The notes under the pieces were generated by a model. That model saw only the letters and a program-made list of their open reading frames with translations. It made no database searches and had not been told where the DNA came from. Below are positions 1-11,199 of a DNA stretch of 64,000 bases, in pieces. Within the stretch, counting starts at the first letter, position 1; the number at the start of each line of letters is the position of its first letter. Origin of the DNA: Squalus acanthias (Eukaryota); NCBI GenBank assembly GCA_030390025.1, contig CM059431.1, positions 109,308,001-109,372,000 on the forward strand, in the 5' to 3' direction. The translations under genes were made by a program, and so were the position numbers.

Positions 1-1099
1 AGCAGCCTTTTTGTATGAGCCAGATGGAAAGAATAGATCTTGACAGTGACAAAAAAATTATGAATTTATATATTTTTTTAAACTAGTCACGTGCCTACAG
101 GGTGATTTACAGATATTTTACCCCTGGTATTAAAGTGGGGGAAGAAAAATTAAAATAGTGGTTTTATGTTCTACAAATTGAATCTTCAATGGCACAATCG
201 TGTTTATCACACTCTGAAGAACAATCTTTGTAACTCGCTCAAGATTTTGTCACTCTTCAGTTCCACAGTATTCCTCGCTCACAGCATTCAAGTGGTATTT
301 CACAGTCATCCAGCCAAATAAGTAGGGAATGATGGAAAGCTGGGAGTCGTTACCAGGCTGTAAACTCATCAAAGTGTTCAGATAACACAATGGAGAGGTT
401 TTTGAGTGTTTTCCAACCACCATCTGAATTCGTGAAATGGCATTAAAGTCCTAAATCATGCCAGGGATGGTGTGTGCATGAGTGCTACAGCCACATCGCA
501 GTAATGGGGTTAAAGGGATATACATGGATGCTATTTTGAAAACGATAAATATTATTATATGGTATGAATGTCACAAAAGTGTCATTTGTATATTTTGTGC
601 CTCATATCATTGTGATGTGCCAACAGCAAAAAATGATACCAAGCTTTTCAAGCCCCTTTGTCTCTCCTAAAACAACAGCAATCTCCCTTTAAGCTGTTGT
701 TGGGATCAGGTTGCCTGCCTACCCTCCTTACGGGACAACCTTTGGAACTCATTCTAGCTTTCTCAAACTCATTCCTCTCACTCGGAGTCAGTGCTACACA
801 CGGCGCTTCCCTGAAACAAGCCAAGCGTAGGCAGAAGGAAACAAATGGTTTAAAATAACTCCACTCAACAATGAGCCAGTTTCTGTACACGCTGGGGAGC
901 TTAAGCAACTGAATTTATTTAGTTTATTTTACTATTTGGCAAGGAAATGAGAGTAGAATGGTCCATCGCAAACCCATGAATGGTCTAGGAATAAGTCAGC
1001 TGAGTTTTTGCTTTGCACATTTCCAGGACTGGAGCAGATTCTCAAAAGGTGCCCTACATTTTTCTGTAGCTATTTCTGAAGGTTTTCATACTGTTTTTA

Positions 1100-1557
1100 G
1101 CAGCCTGAACCACGGCTCAGTGGGTAGCACTGTCGCCTCTGAGTCAGAAGGTTGTAGGTTCATAGTCCCACTCCAGAGACTTAAACACAAAAATCTAGGT
1201 TAACATTCCAGTGCAGTGCTGAGGGAGTGCTGCACTGTCGGATGGTGCCATCTTTCGATTGAGATGTTAAGCTGAGGCCCCATCTCAGGTGGATGTAAAT
1301 AGATCCTATGGCACTATTTTGAAGAAGAGTTCTCCCCAGTGTCCTGGCCAATATTTATCCCTTAATCAACGTCACTAAAACAGATGATCTGGTCATTATC
1401 ACATTGCTGTTTGTGGGAGCTTGCTGTGCGCAGATTGGCTGCCGCGTTTCCTACATTACAACAGTGACTGCACTTCAAAAAGTACTTTGTTGGCTGTAAA
1501 GTGCTTTGGGACGTCCGGTGGTCGTGAAAGGCGCTATAGAAATGCAAATCTTTCTTC
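1100..1557 (+). mobile_element. SacSINE1-like Deu-domain SINE, near full length
   Basis: tRNA-like head (GGCTCAGTGGGTAGCAC..GGTTCA), central GATGAGACGTTAAACCGAGGCCCC-type body, and 3' tail AAAGGCGCTATAGAAATGCAA resembling the L2 tail. About ten more copies occur in the window. Confidence 0.85.
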
Positions 1558-1857
1558 TTACTTTTTTGGGTGTTAGGGAATTTTTGTGCACTCCAAAATG
1601 CCAACTAAAGGGTGTCGATGTGGAGGAATGGAACACTTTCTTGCTTTTGTCACCCAATGTTGGCATCAATGGCATGATCGGTTAAAGCATGGACAGATAG
1701 AGTAAAACTCTCTCAATCCGCCCCAACTAAATTTACCGCAATTAGAAAATAATATTCAGTAAGTTACTGGAGGGACAAGAAGCAACACATCCAATGATTA
1801 CGAGAATTCAGTGCCATACTGGAGCTTCTGTGAAGTACATCTTTCCAGTAAAGAGGC

Positions 1858-2180
1858 AACATAGTGTTTACAGCACTGAAACAGGCCATTCAGCCCAACA
1901 GGTCCATGCCGGTATTTATGCTCCACACGAGCCTCCTCCCACCCTGCTTGATCTAACCCCATCACCATATTCTTTTATACCTTTCTCCCTCATGTGCTCA
2001 TCTAGCTTCCCCTTAAATGCGTCAATGTTATTCGCCTCAACTGCTCCCTGTGGTAGCGAGTTCCACATTCTACCCACTCTCTGGATAAAGACGTTTCTTC
2101 TGAATTTCCTATTGGATTTATTAGTGACTATCTTATATTTATGGGCCCTAGTTCTGGTCTCACCCACAAGTGGAAACATT
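1858..2180 (-). mobile_element. CR1 LINE 3' fragment, split by the Harbinger-type element (resumes at 4231-4242)
   Basis: ORF 1916-2179 gives TRAHKYKI..RRNVFIQRVGRMWNSLP, typical of the CR1 ORF2 C-terminus. Uninterrupted GAAACATCTTCTCTACGT is seen in the copy near 56602. Confidence 0.9.
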
Positions 2181-2435
2181 GGCCGAGATTTTGCTCACCT
2201 CGGCGGGTCCAGTGTGGCCGGTGTCGGTGGCGGGTTGCGGCCACGCTGCTGGCTCCATCCTGCTGTACAACGTGAGCTTACCTCAGTGGGACTTGTTAAA
2301 CCCGCCCAGCGTGTTTCCTGGCCCAATTAGAGGAAGCGGGTCTGGTGACGTCATTCATGACACCCCTTGAGCCGGTTTCCTTAAAGGGACCATGGCCACC
2401 TTACTTTTGACATTTGTGCTGTCAGTGTTGTACAG

Positions 2436-2515
2436 AAATGAGAAGTCGCACAACACCAGGTTATAGTCCAACAGTTTTATTTGAAATCACAAGCTTTCGG
2501 AGCTGCTGCTCCTTC
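2436..2515 (-). mobile_element. PLE-derived family A short insertion, truncated inside the hammerhead core
   Basis: Near-identical to the arms at 2653, 30019 and 63050. Flanked by GTACAG (2430-2435 / 2516-2521). The related empty site CAGTGTTTGACAGCATTGAGG is seen near 37470. Confidence 0.8.
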
Positions 2516-2615
2516 GTACAGCATTGAGGTGCTGCAAACACTGACAATCACTGCACAGAGGTGCAGGGCTGCACCCAGGTTCTCCCATGACTCCCTCCAT
2601 GTGCTTATGGAGGGA

Positions 2616-2857
2616 TGCGGAGATGCCGGTGTTGGACTGGGGTGGACAAAATTGAGAGGTCGCACAACACCAGGTTATAGTCCAACAGTTTTATTTGAAA
2701 TCACAAGCTTTCGGAGCTATCGATTGCTCCTTCCTCAGGTGAAGTAAATTAGAGTATCTAATTTACTTCACCTGAGGAAGGAGCAATCGATAGCTCCGAA
2801 AGCTTGTGATTTCAAATAAAACTGTTGGACTATAACCTGGTGTTGTGCGACCTCTCA
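2616..2857. mobile_element. PLE-derived family A fold-back insertion
   Basis: Perfect 101-bp inverted arms (2653-2753 / 2757-2857) plus a ~37-nt tail. TSD CTTATGGAGGGA at 2604-2615 / 2858-2869. Confidence 0.85.
2768..2809 (+). ncRNA. Minimal type I hammerhead ribozyme motif, family A (mirror copy on minus strand 2701-2742)
   Basis: TCAC-CTGAGGA-A-GGAGC-aatcgata-GCTCC-GAAA-GC-TT-GTGA: stem I TCAC/GTGA, stem II GGAGC/GCTCC, CUGANGA and GAAA cores, palindromic stem III AAGCTT. Confidence 0.75.
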
Positions 2858-4589
2858 CTTATGGAGGGAGTCAGAGCACGCAGGGAAGTCCTCTTCCCTT
2901 CTGATGGGTGGAAGAGACCTCCTCAGGAGACCAATGCAGCCTGGTTGCACATTGCAGAGGAGGGCACAAGAAGGGATGTCATCAGGAGGACCTGGGTGCA
3001 GTGGCACAAACCTTTCAATGATCTCATTAGATCACGAAACGTTATTAAAAAGCCACACTCAACCTCATCCTGCTGTGCCTCTCATCACATCCCCATCACT
3101 CTGCCTTCCCTACCCTACTCCTGCACATCCTTACTCACACCAAATTACCTTGCATCTCCACCCATCCCTCTCTCTATCTCTACATTATCACTTCCCCATC
3201 TCACTAGCCACCACTCACACTCACCCTCATCCTAGTCCAATCATACCAACTAACAACACACAAGGGTAGGCACTTGGGTGTTTTATCTAATATTCATGTA
3301 AAGTTTCTGTTAATGTGCTGTCAAACATTGAAATCTTTATTTTCAACACTTTCCGTTCTTGGACAGATTTGTGTGCATCTTTGGAAGTGGCTTAGTGAGT
3401 TCCAGTGAATGGTGAGACATAACGGTACCCCCCGCAATGGTGATGAGTGTGAAAGGAATGGCTTGGGCATTGTAAGGATGCTTTATGGTGTTGGTGTGGG
3501 GTGGTGCCAACCTGGCACATCATGTGGTAGCCAGGGTGTAAAGTGTCAAGTAAACTAAATCTGGCCATGGTGAGGCCATTCCTGGCGTCCCGGGCAGCAA
3601 TGTGGTCGGGTGCTGATGCCCTGTGTCCTGTGCAGCATCAGGTGATTGTGAAGAAGGTTGGTGGTGTTGTTGGTGCTGCTGGTGTGCCTGGTGCTGCTGG
3701 TGTTGGGGCTGATCGTCGTCAGATTCTGAAGACCAAGGTGGGAGAGTATAAATGGTACCCAGGCTGATGTAATAGGTGTCAGGTGAAGTTGAGATGACAG
3801 AAGCGATCTGTCAGTGGTGAGAGAGGTTGTTCCAATGAGGTGACACTGGATAGAGAGTTTGCTCCAAATACTTGTAACCTGCATAAAGCTCAATCTGTCT
3901 TCCAAATGTGGTAAGCAACAGCTTTTGCACTTGGAAAGTGAATAGCTGTGAGGTGGGAGCTTTTATAGTACATTTCAAGCTGTCAAGTCATCAGCTGATT
4001 CAATCGCCATTCAACTCCCGCCTCAGGTAAACAGACATGGTCCATGAACAGTGTGGACCCCGTGGGCGAGCAGTTAAAGTTAAAAGGCAAGGTTAAAACC
4101 ATTATTAAGAGTCTGTCAACAAGCCAATAATTGCTTTAATTGGATCGCCCGCCTCTGCGGGTCAGGTCCGATCCGAGATCACAGACCCGCCACCGATCTC
4201 ACCCACTAACCCCCCCCGAAAATTCTGGCCATCTTCTCTACGTTTCTAGGTACTATAAAGTAAACATCGATCTTTATTCAGATCCTTCACAAATGGGGAC
4301 TTTCAGTTAGTATTTTGAAGGACATCTAGGTATTTAGATATGGGGAAAAACATCGTAGTACCTTCACATAGCGGATAAAACGGGTCGTGCTCATTGTACA
4401 GGGTCCATAGCAGGGACAGGCTTTTTGTATTCCATATTTTGTGTTCTTATTTGGGTCATTTTTGTATTGAATTTTTTTTTTTTTTAAAGCATAGCCAGGA
4501 AAGAATATTTCTTTTAGAAATAATGCCAGGTATCTGTGGGAACCTCGTCATTAACATCCAAACCACCTGACAAGAAGAAATTTGTCTCT

Positions 4590-5030
4590 CTCAGAACTTA
4601 AAAATGAAAGCCCCGACTTGTTACCGTGCAGCCATTTTAACTCCCAGGCCTCATTACCATAGTGCAGGTCCGACTCCCATGAGGCCGGTGGGCAGGAGCG
4701 GGACGAAAGCGGCAGGTGGCCTCCGCCAGCGGCCCACAGGAATGGTTTCCAGCAGTCAGGTGAGTGGTTTAGGAAGGCGGGGGGTGGGGGGGAGGGAGGG
4801 GGGGGAGGGTGTGATCGCGGTCAGGGGGATGGGTGCGGGGGCAGGGAGGAGAAGCCCAGGAGAAGGCCCGAGGTGTCCTGGTGGGGTCTGAGGAGCACTC
4901 CCGCTCCTCCTAGCCCACGGAAAACCTTAGAAAACAAAAAATATCTTAACTTCTCAGCCTTTCTTCTGGCCTGGATGCTCCCCAGTGCCCTACTTTCGCC
5001 CTATTCGCCTCAAGGGGTTAAAATCGGCCC
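4590..5030. mobile_element. Partial GC-rich MITE, Harbinger-like end
   Basis: Ends in GGGGTTAAAATCGGCCC, similar to the TIRs of other MITEs in this window. The left end was not resolved. Confidence 0.5.
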
Positions 5031-5115
5031 TTAACAGATTTCAGCAATAAGCCGCAGTGACAATAATCCATGAGTGGAATGAGTTTCACAGTTTAGACTC
5101 AGAAGACACTGGGGG

Positions 5116-5290
5116 AGGGTTTAATTTCCTCTGGTAGCATGTTATGCTCTGGTTAACACGTTTACGTAAAATTCCTTTGTGCACTATTTTAATGTAGCCA
5201 TTAAACAGTTTACTTTGATTTTAAAATAGCACACAAAGGAATTTTACTCAATCCCCTTAACCAGTGAGCAACCGGAGGAAATTAAACCCC
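5116..5290. mobile_element. Palindromic MITE
   Basis: GGGTTTAATTTCCTCTGGT / ACCGGAGGAAATTAAACCC ends, with further internal complementarity (GTAAAATTCCTTTGTG / CACAAAGGAATTTTAC). Confidence 0.75.
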
Positions 5291-6509
5291 AGAAACGTAA
5301 CTCTTTGTCCAACCAGTCAAACAAAATGCAATAATATATACAGTTGCTCCAAGCTAGACAGGGCAGTTATAAGGTCCTCAATACTTGCCCCCTGCTCGAG
5401 GCACTGTCTATTAATTGACTTTAGGTAGACTGATGGCGATCACTCCATGGATTCAAATTGATTCAACTTCACCCCACAGTGTCCACATAGTACAGATGCA
5501 GGAGTCGGTTACTGAGTGTTTCCCTCCAATGCTAGCAAAAACATAGGAGAATGAATACTGCTTTGTCTGAAATGTTCCTGAACGAGCATGCTCCCAGACA
5601 CCTCATGACTCCTATCTGTCCCCCCCAAGCTCCCTCCCATTGGCAACAGCTTTCCTCTTAACTGAGCCTCCGGCTTCCTCTACTCACTAACACTTACTAT
5701 CAATGCAGCTTTTTGTATTTTAAGTGAGAGAGCAAAAGCAAGCTTTATCAATAAAAAGTAATCAACAAGGTACAAAGCCCAGGTTAACCGAAATTGTGAT
5801 GCACTCCATTTGCTTGTAGTGTTGGAACGTCAACAAGCGACACATCTGAACATAGACACCAATCCTTGTAAAAAGAAAGATGTACGCACTTCTCACCCAA
5901 CTTTAAAACACATAGTTGAATTTTAAAGCTCTGTTTATCATTGTTTTCCCCAGATGTAGTGGCACTGTAATTGAAATAATTAAGCCGAGACAAAATTCAT
6001 TTCTGTCTGAATTTTAATTAAAGAAGATACCATCGAAGCACTTTAATGATTCCAGGAAACAGAGGAAACGTAGCTTAGATTGTGGGTAAGGATCTAACAG
6101 AATCAATCTGTCCCTAATCAATAAGGAAAACAAAATCACAAACTATATCTACCATCCGTTTTTGACTGATGATGCCTCTGAAGCGACTTGGGACGTATTT
6201 CTATGTTAAAGACACTGTATAAGTACAAGTTGTAGAGATTTGGAAACCAGCTATATAAATCAAAACAAGGGTTTGGAATTAACTGATTTTTGAAAAAATA
6301 TAAACTTGGAATAACGACTAATGTTATCATGTGAACACCTATCACCATTTACAGTAACCAGCATAACTCCTCAAATAAAATAAGTGCAAATGGAATTTGA
6401 TGTAAGTGTAGTCGGCATTCATACAATATTTCTCACTGTAATATCCAGCCTGCAGTTTCCCGCACCCACCCTCCGCCACGCCCGCCACATTTCTTGCCAA
6501 ATTTCCTTA

Positions 6510-7435
6510 ATTCCTGAAGGTGTCCTTGCAAGGATATAGTTCCACAGGCACTGGACACCCTACATATCCACTTCATGTGTGAGCCTCAATAGTGAGTGAG
6601 TGTAAGCAGGCTTGTTGGCAGCTTCTCCACCATCTACAAGGCACAAGTAAGGAATGTGATGGAATACTCTCCACTTGCCTGGATGAGTGCAGCTCCAACA
6701 ACACTCAAGAAGCTCGACACCATCCAGGACAAAGCAGCCCGCTTGATTGGCACCCCATCCACCACCTTAAACATTCACTCCCTCCACCACCGGCGCACCG
6801 TGGCTGCAGTGTGTAGCATCTACAAGATCCACTGCAGCAACTCGCCAAGGCTTCTTCAGCAGCACCTCCCAAACCCGCGACCTCTTCCACCTAGAAGACA
6901 AGGGCAGCAGGCGCATGGGAACACCATCACCTCCAAGTTCCCCTCCAAGTCACACACCATCCTGACTTAGAAATATATCGGCTGTTCCTTCATCGCCGCT
7001 GAGTCAAAATCCTGGAACTCCCTCCCTAACAGCACTGTGGGGGTACCTTCACCACCACGGACAGCAGCGGTTCAAGAAGGTGGCTCACCTCCACCTTCTC
7101 AAGGGCAATTAGGGATGGGCAATAAATGCTGGCCTTGCCAGCGACGTCCACATCCCATAAACAAATTTTTAAAAAATCACAGACAAGTCCAATCCTATCA
7201 GCACGCAGTGTGCACTCAAATGCACTTATACCAGGAGTTCCTAAGCAGTGATCAGGAGCAGGAACATTGGCCAATTTTGCTTCCCTAACCCAGGGCCACT
7301 GAAGCCAACTTTATCGTCCCTACTTCCACCCCAACTAGTATCAGCTAGCTCAACACTGACTGAGCACTGAAGCAGGGACTTCTCTGCTGTGCTTGGCTCA
7401 GCTTACTCACGGTTTAAACTCGTTGAGCCACCGAG
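6510..7435 (-). mobile_element. Old tRNA-headed SINE family copy, split by a LINE insertion at 6626-7165
   Basis: Both flanks match the reverse complement of the family seen at 25580 and 26030 (GTGCTGAGTTAGCTGATCTCAG..GCTCACACATGAAG). Confidence 0.55.
6626..7165 (+). mobile_element. Non-LTR retrotransposon 3' fragment (CR1-group, possibly Daphne/L2-related)
   Basis: TIYKAQVRNVMEYSPLAWMSAAPTTLKKLDTIQDKAARLIG is a post-RT LINE motif. A second copy lies at 61162-61480. Confidence 0.8.
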
Positions 7436-8321
7436 GGAGCATACAAATGAGATTTTAATAAAAGATATGAAAACATCTTAAATTGTTGACTTGCCGAATT
7501 GACACTTTAGGAGTAATGCGACATTATTGCACATTCTCTTATGGGCAGTTAAACAATGACATGTACAGAAACATTTCCCATCAGTGTTCTGGTATTCCTG
7601 GAAGAATAGAGCGAGAACTACAGGTTTATGCGGACGAGATCTTTGTAAACACACAAATAAAATCCCCCGATATATCTATGTCAGCACAGTCGGTGCACTT
7701 TACACAGCCATAATCATCATAGATTTCCGATACACTTTTCATTCACTCTGAATGAATGCTGTATCATAGCTCAACTGTTTCTTTCTTTGGATCAGAAAGG
7801 TTATCTATAGGGCAGCGGTGGATGAATGGAGAGGCAGCTGTGATAAAGCCAAGTCTGCGGGGGGGGGGGGTTGAGGGGAGTCCGGCGATCACTTTTCTAC
7901 GACACAATGCAGACGCCACATTCTCTGTGTGAAAGCTGCATCAGCACATCCCTGTCAGCCACGGCGTCTTGAGTCGATTTCTTAATAAACCTAAACATCT
8001 CTCCCCTGTCCTTCCTGCATGTCACTTGTCACAGGTTACAAGACAGATACAAAAAGTACCTGCCAATCTCAGGGCTGGCGCAGCTAAAATGAGATTCTGT
8101 GGACAAACTTAGCTTTACTTTTTAACCACTTTGTTGCTGAAATTGTGCTGAATCTGGGCGCCTCCTTTCCGGACACAAGTGTGCGGTTTGGATATTATTA
8201 AGTGGCATAATAGCCGGATACACTTGAAGACACCTGTAACAGGGACAAATGACTCATCAAATGAAACTGGCAGATGCTGAGAGTAAAGAAAGACTTGCGG
8301 AAATTGTACTGGAATGCAAAA

Positions 8322-8764
8322 ACAGAAAGATCTTGCATTCTATAGCGCCTTTCATGATTTGAGGATGTCCCAAAGCACTTTACAGCCAATGAAGTACTTT
8401 TTGAAGTGGAGTCACTGTTGTAATGTAGGAAACGCAGCAGCCAAATTGCACACAGCAAGCTCCCACAAACAGCAATGTGATAATGACCAGATCATCTGTT
8501 TTTTAGTGATGTTGGGTGAGGGATAAATATTGTCCAGGACACCCTCCTTGTCCTTGAAATAGTGCCATGGGATCTTTTACGTCCACCTGAGAGAGCAGAC
8601 GGAACTTCTGTTTAACGTCTCATCCAAAAGACGGCACCGCTGACAGTGCAGCACTCCCCTGGAGAGTCAGCCTAGATTTTTTGCTCAAGTCTCGGGAGTG
8701 GGACTTGAACCCACAACCTTCGGACTCAGCAGTGAGAGTGCTACCCACTGAGCCACAGCTGCCA
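8322..8764 (-). mobile_element. SacSINE1-like SINE
   Basis: Reverse complement of the 1100-1557 element. Confidence 0.85.
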
Positions 8765-9109
8765 CAACAAAGAAAAGGCAAAAGTTTCTTGTTGGGGCAG
8801 ATTCCCCAATTGAACGCTCCCGACAAGGAGTGGTACTTACAGGGAGCACTGGTCGGGAAACCATGGCTCCTCAGCCTCCGATCAAAGGGACAAATAAGGG
8901 GCTGTGGGGCCCACAATTTCCCAACTAGTGTTCACTGCAAGTGTCGCTTCTTGCCAGGAGCACCCGATCAGCTCTGTTATCTACCGCCCGATCCGTAACC
9001 CTTGTTCACCAAGAGATTGTTACTTTGCTGGTCATAACAATCGCATCTCCTTCATGTTGGACTGAAGACTGAACTGTAGCATGGAGCAAGTCATCTTATT
9101 CTAACTCCC

Positions 9110-9247
9110 GATACGATAGCAAAATACTGCGGATGCTGGAAATCCGAAATAACAACAGAAAACACTGGAAAAACTCAGCAGGCCAGGCAGCATCCGTGGA
9201 GAGAGAAAGAGAGTTAACGTTTCAGGTCGATGACCTTTCATCAGAAC
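9110..9247 (-). mobile_element. PLE-derived family B short insertion
   Basis: Matches the 3' end of the GIY-YIG-bearing fragment at 18438-20100. 13-bp TSD TATTCTAACTCCC at 9097-9109 / 9248-9260. Confidence 0.85.
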
Positions 9248-9248
9248 T
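9212..9248 (-). ncRNA. Minimal type I hammerhead ribozyme motif, family B
   Basis: Minus strand reads AGTT-CTGATGA-A-AGGTC-atc-GACCT-GAAA-CG-TT-AACT. Confidence 0.75.
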
Positions 9249-10012
9249 ATTCTAACTCCCATTGGTTTGCAGGGCTTTCGACTGTACTGAAGTCAAGAGA
9301 AAGAAATGGGGTTCCCTGCCTGCCTCATAAATAGGCTCCAGCACTCCCAAACTGAAGCAATCAAAGAGGGCTGATTCCTCCAATGGAAACCATCGTCCAG
9401 AAAGTTCTATGAAAGCTTTGGGGCAACATTGCCTTTTTTTTTAGTGTAACTGTAATTAATAAACCACCAGGAAAATAGTTGCTTAACTGGTTTATACATC
9501 AAAAACTTTATTAATTCAAATGTGGAGGGCAGAATTTTCAGTGAAAAGGCTTGAATGATAATACTAAAAATGCTATTTTAACCATGAGCCCCCACAAACG
9601 CTCGTAACTTCGGTTATGAAGTCAGACCCCAAATATGCGTCACAAATGGGCAAAAGAACAGCCATGCCTGGCAGTATGTCACTGATTATGTGAAGGACCT
9701 GGCTGAGATACAGAACAAGGTGAAGCATGAACATTACTGCAAAAGTGGCAGCACGGAACATATAAATGGACAAGACAGAAAGCACTAGTTGCTAAAGATA
9801 TATACAAAATATACTTGAATGGCCTCTCTGTGCATAAATACTGCAACATGGTGGCTTGAGATCGCGTTACATTTTTAAATATATTGCAATTGGTACATGG
9901 ATCAGGGTTTGGCGGGGGCAGGGGGGCCATTGAAAAATCCTATGTAAACATTCCTATGGAGATTCCCCATGTTAAAATGTCCACTGGTAGTGATTACACT
10001 TTTCCTGTAACG

Positions 10013-10026
10013 CCAGTAGATGGCAC
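10013..10026 (+). promoter_or_regulatory. CTCF core motif match
   Basis: CCAGTAGATGGCAC matches the consensus CCASYAGRKGGCRS at all 14 positions. Confidence 0.5.
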
Positions 10027-11199
10027 TCTAATAGGATTTCCATAGTTAATCTGACCTCTGGCCTGTAACACTCGCTGCAACATATCACTGAAAATGCTTT
10101 GAATCTTCACCACGCAGGTGGAGGCCTCTCCGCACTATTGGCACTGGGGCAAGAGTTACCCAGATCCACTCAGCCGTATTTTTATTTTTAGACAATTTTC
10201 CTGCAGGTAAGTTATATTTTCATTTCGGCCACTTCTTTTCATTTTAATTTACATTCAATTGCGTGTGTTTATTTTGACTCATTTCAGCCTTTTGCCACCT
10301 CTTGCCGTTGTTTCTGCCGCCTTACAGGTCTCCCTGGCATCTCCCAGGTTCGCCCTGGCTTTCTGCTGCTCCTGGGCTCCAGCACCTCATCCAGCATTCC
10401 CTGCCTCCCCCTGGGCTCTGCTCTGCTTCCCCAGCTCCTCCTTGCCCCCGATTCCCACTCCTCCCAATTCTCCATCTCACTCCTGCACCTACTACTCGTC
10501 CCTCTGCCACAGTTTAAAAAGTGCCCCCTCCAACCCGACTACTACCCACTGCCTCCAGCAGCTGCCAAAAAAATTAAAATTGGAAAGAAATGGCTCTCCC
10601 CCAGCCTTTTAACTTAATCCACGAGACTTATTTAGTTATTAACTTTCAGCAACTCTGCTACTCTCCACTTATTCATTTCAAACTGCTTCCGTTACTTCCC
10701 TTCCATCCTAAACTCTTGGTCCAGTCAGTTCCCCATCCCCTTCAGCTCCTACAACATACTACCACCCCAAGTCTCCCAGTACCCACTGCCAGCTCCCAAC
10801 TACCCACTAAAACCTAAATCTCCATTCCCTTCCCCTGACCACTACCCACCGTCTATACAGCCCACTCCACCCCCAACTAAGCACAGTCCCCACTACACCT
10901 CAATTATTCATTATCGCCCATATGCAGTCCCCTCCCTTAAATACTAAGTACTCCCTCCCCAACTACTCTCTCGCTCTAACCACCAAGACAAATTCTCACA
11001 TCTGCAATTTGCTCATCTCGAATGCTGTTCCAATTCCCCCAAACGCTGACGACCAACGATATACGCTGCTCCCCTCAGCTACTCACTGCGCCTTCCTACC
11101 TCTTCACTATTCCCCTCAAACACCCTGCACAACAACACATTGCCTACACTACTCCCATTGACCTCCTAAATAGTTACAAACCCAGCCGCACCTCCCACA

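Larger units (their letters stand above)
2560..3040 (+). pseudogene. Myb/SANT-like (NAIF1-type) DNA-binding ORF remnant of the Harbinger element, interrupted by a PLE insertion
   Basis: Joining across 2616-2869 gives CRAAPRFSHDSLHVLMEGVRARREVLFPSDGWKRPPQETNAAWLHIAEE..RRTWVQWHKPFNDL, matching the RFS..L..W..IA..RTW.Q..K.FNDL pattern of this domain. Confidence 0.75.
2181..4230 (+). mobile_element. Internally deleted PIF/Harbinger-type DNA transposon
   Basis: Imperfect TIRs GGCCGAGATTTT/AAAATTCTGGCC and 3-bp flanks ATT/ATC. Myb/SANT-like remnant on the plus strand; possible transposase N- and C-terminal remnants on the minus strand (~3550-3760). Confidence 0.8.

Noticed and set aside
724..811. 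Minus-strand exon candidate (EAPCVALTPSERNEFEKARMSSKGCP)
   Set aside because: Splice-like signals are present, but there is no recognisable homology or partner exon; expected by chance.
1100..1180. tRNA gene-like sequences (also at 17194, 49290, 51780)
   Set aside because: These are tRNA-derived SINE heads continuous with the SINE body, and no complete cloverleaf is evident.
2440..2850. Recurrent GTTATAGTCCAACAGTTTTATTTGAAAT, superficially like a CRISPR repeat
   Set aside because: Copies are dispersed or inverted, are part of longer TSD-flanked elements, have no regular spacers or cas genes, and the context is vertebrate.
2653..2857. Perfect palindrome as an assembly artefact
   Set aside because: It is flanked by a 12-bp TSD, and the same architecture recurs at independent loci with different TSDs.
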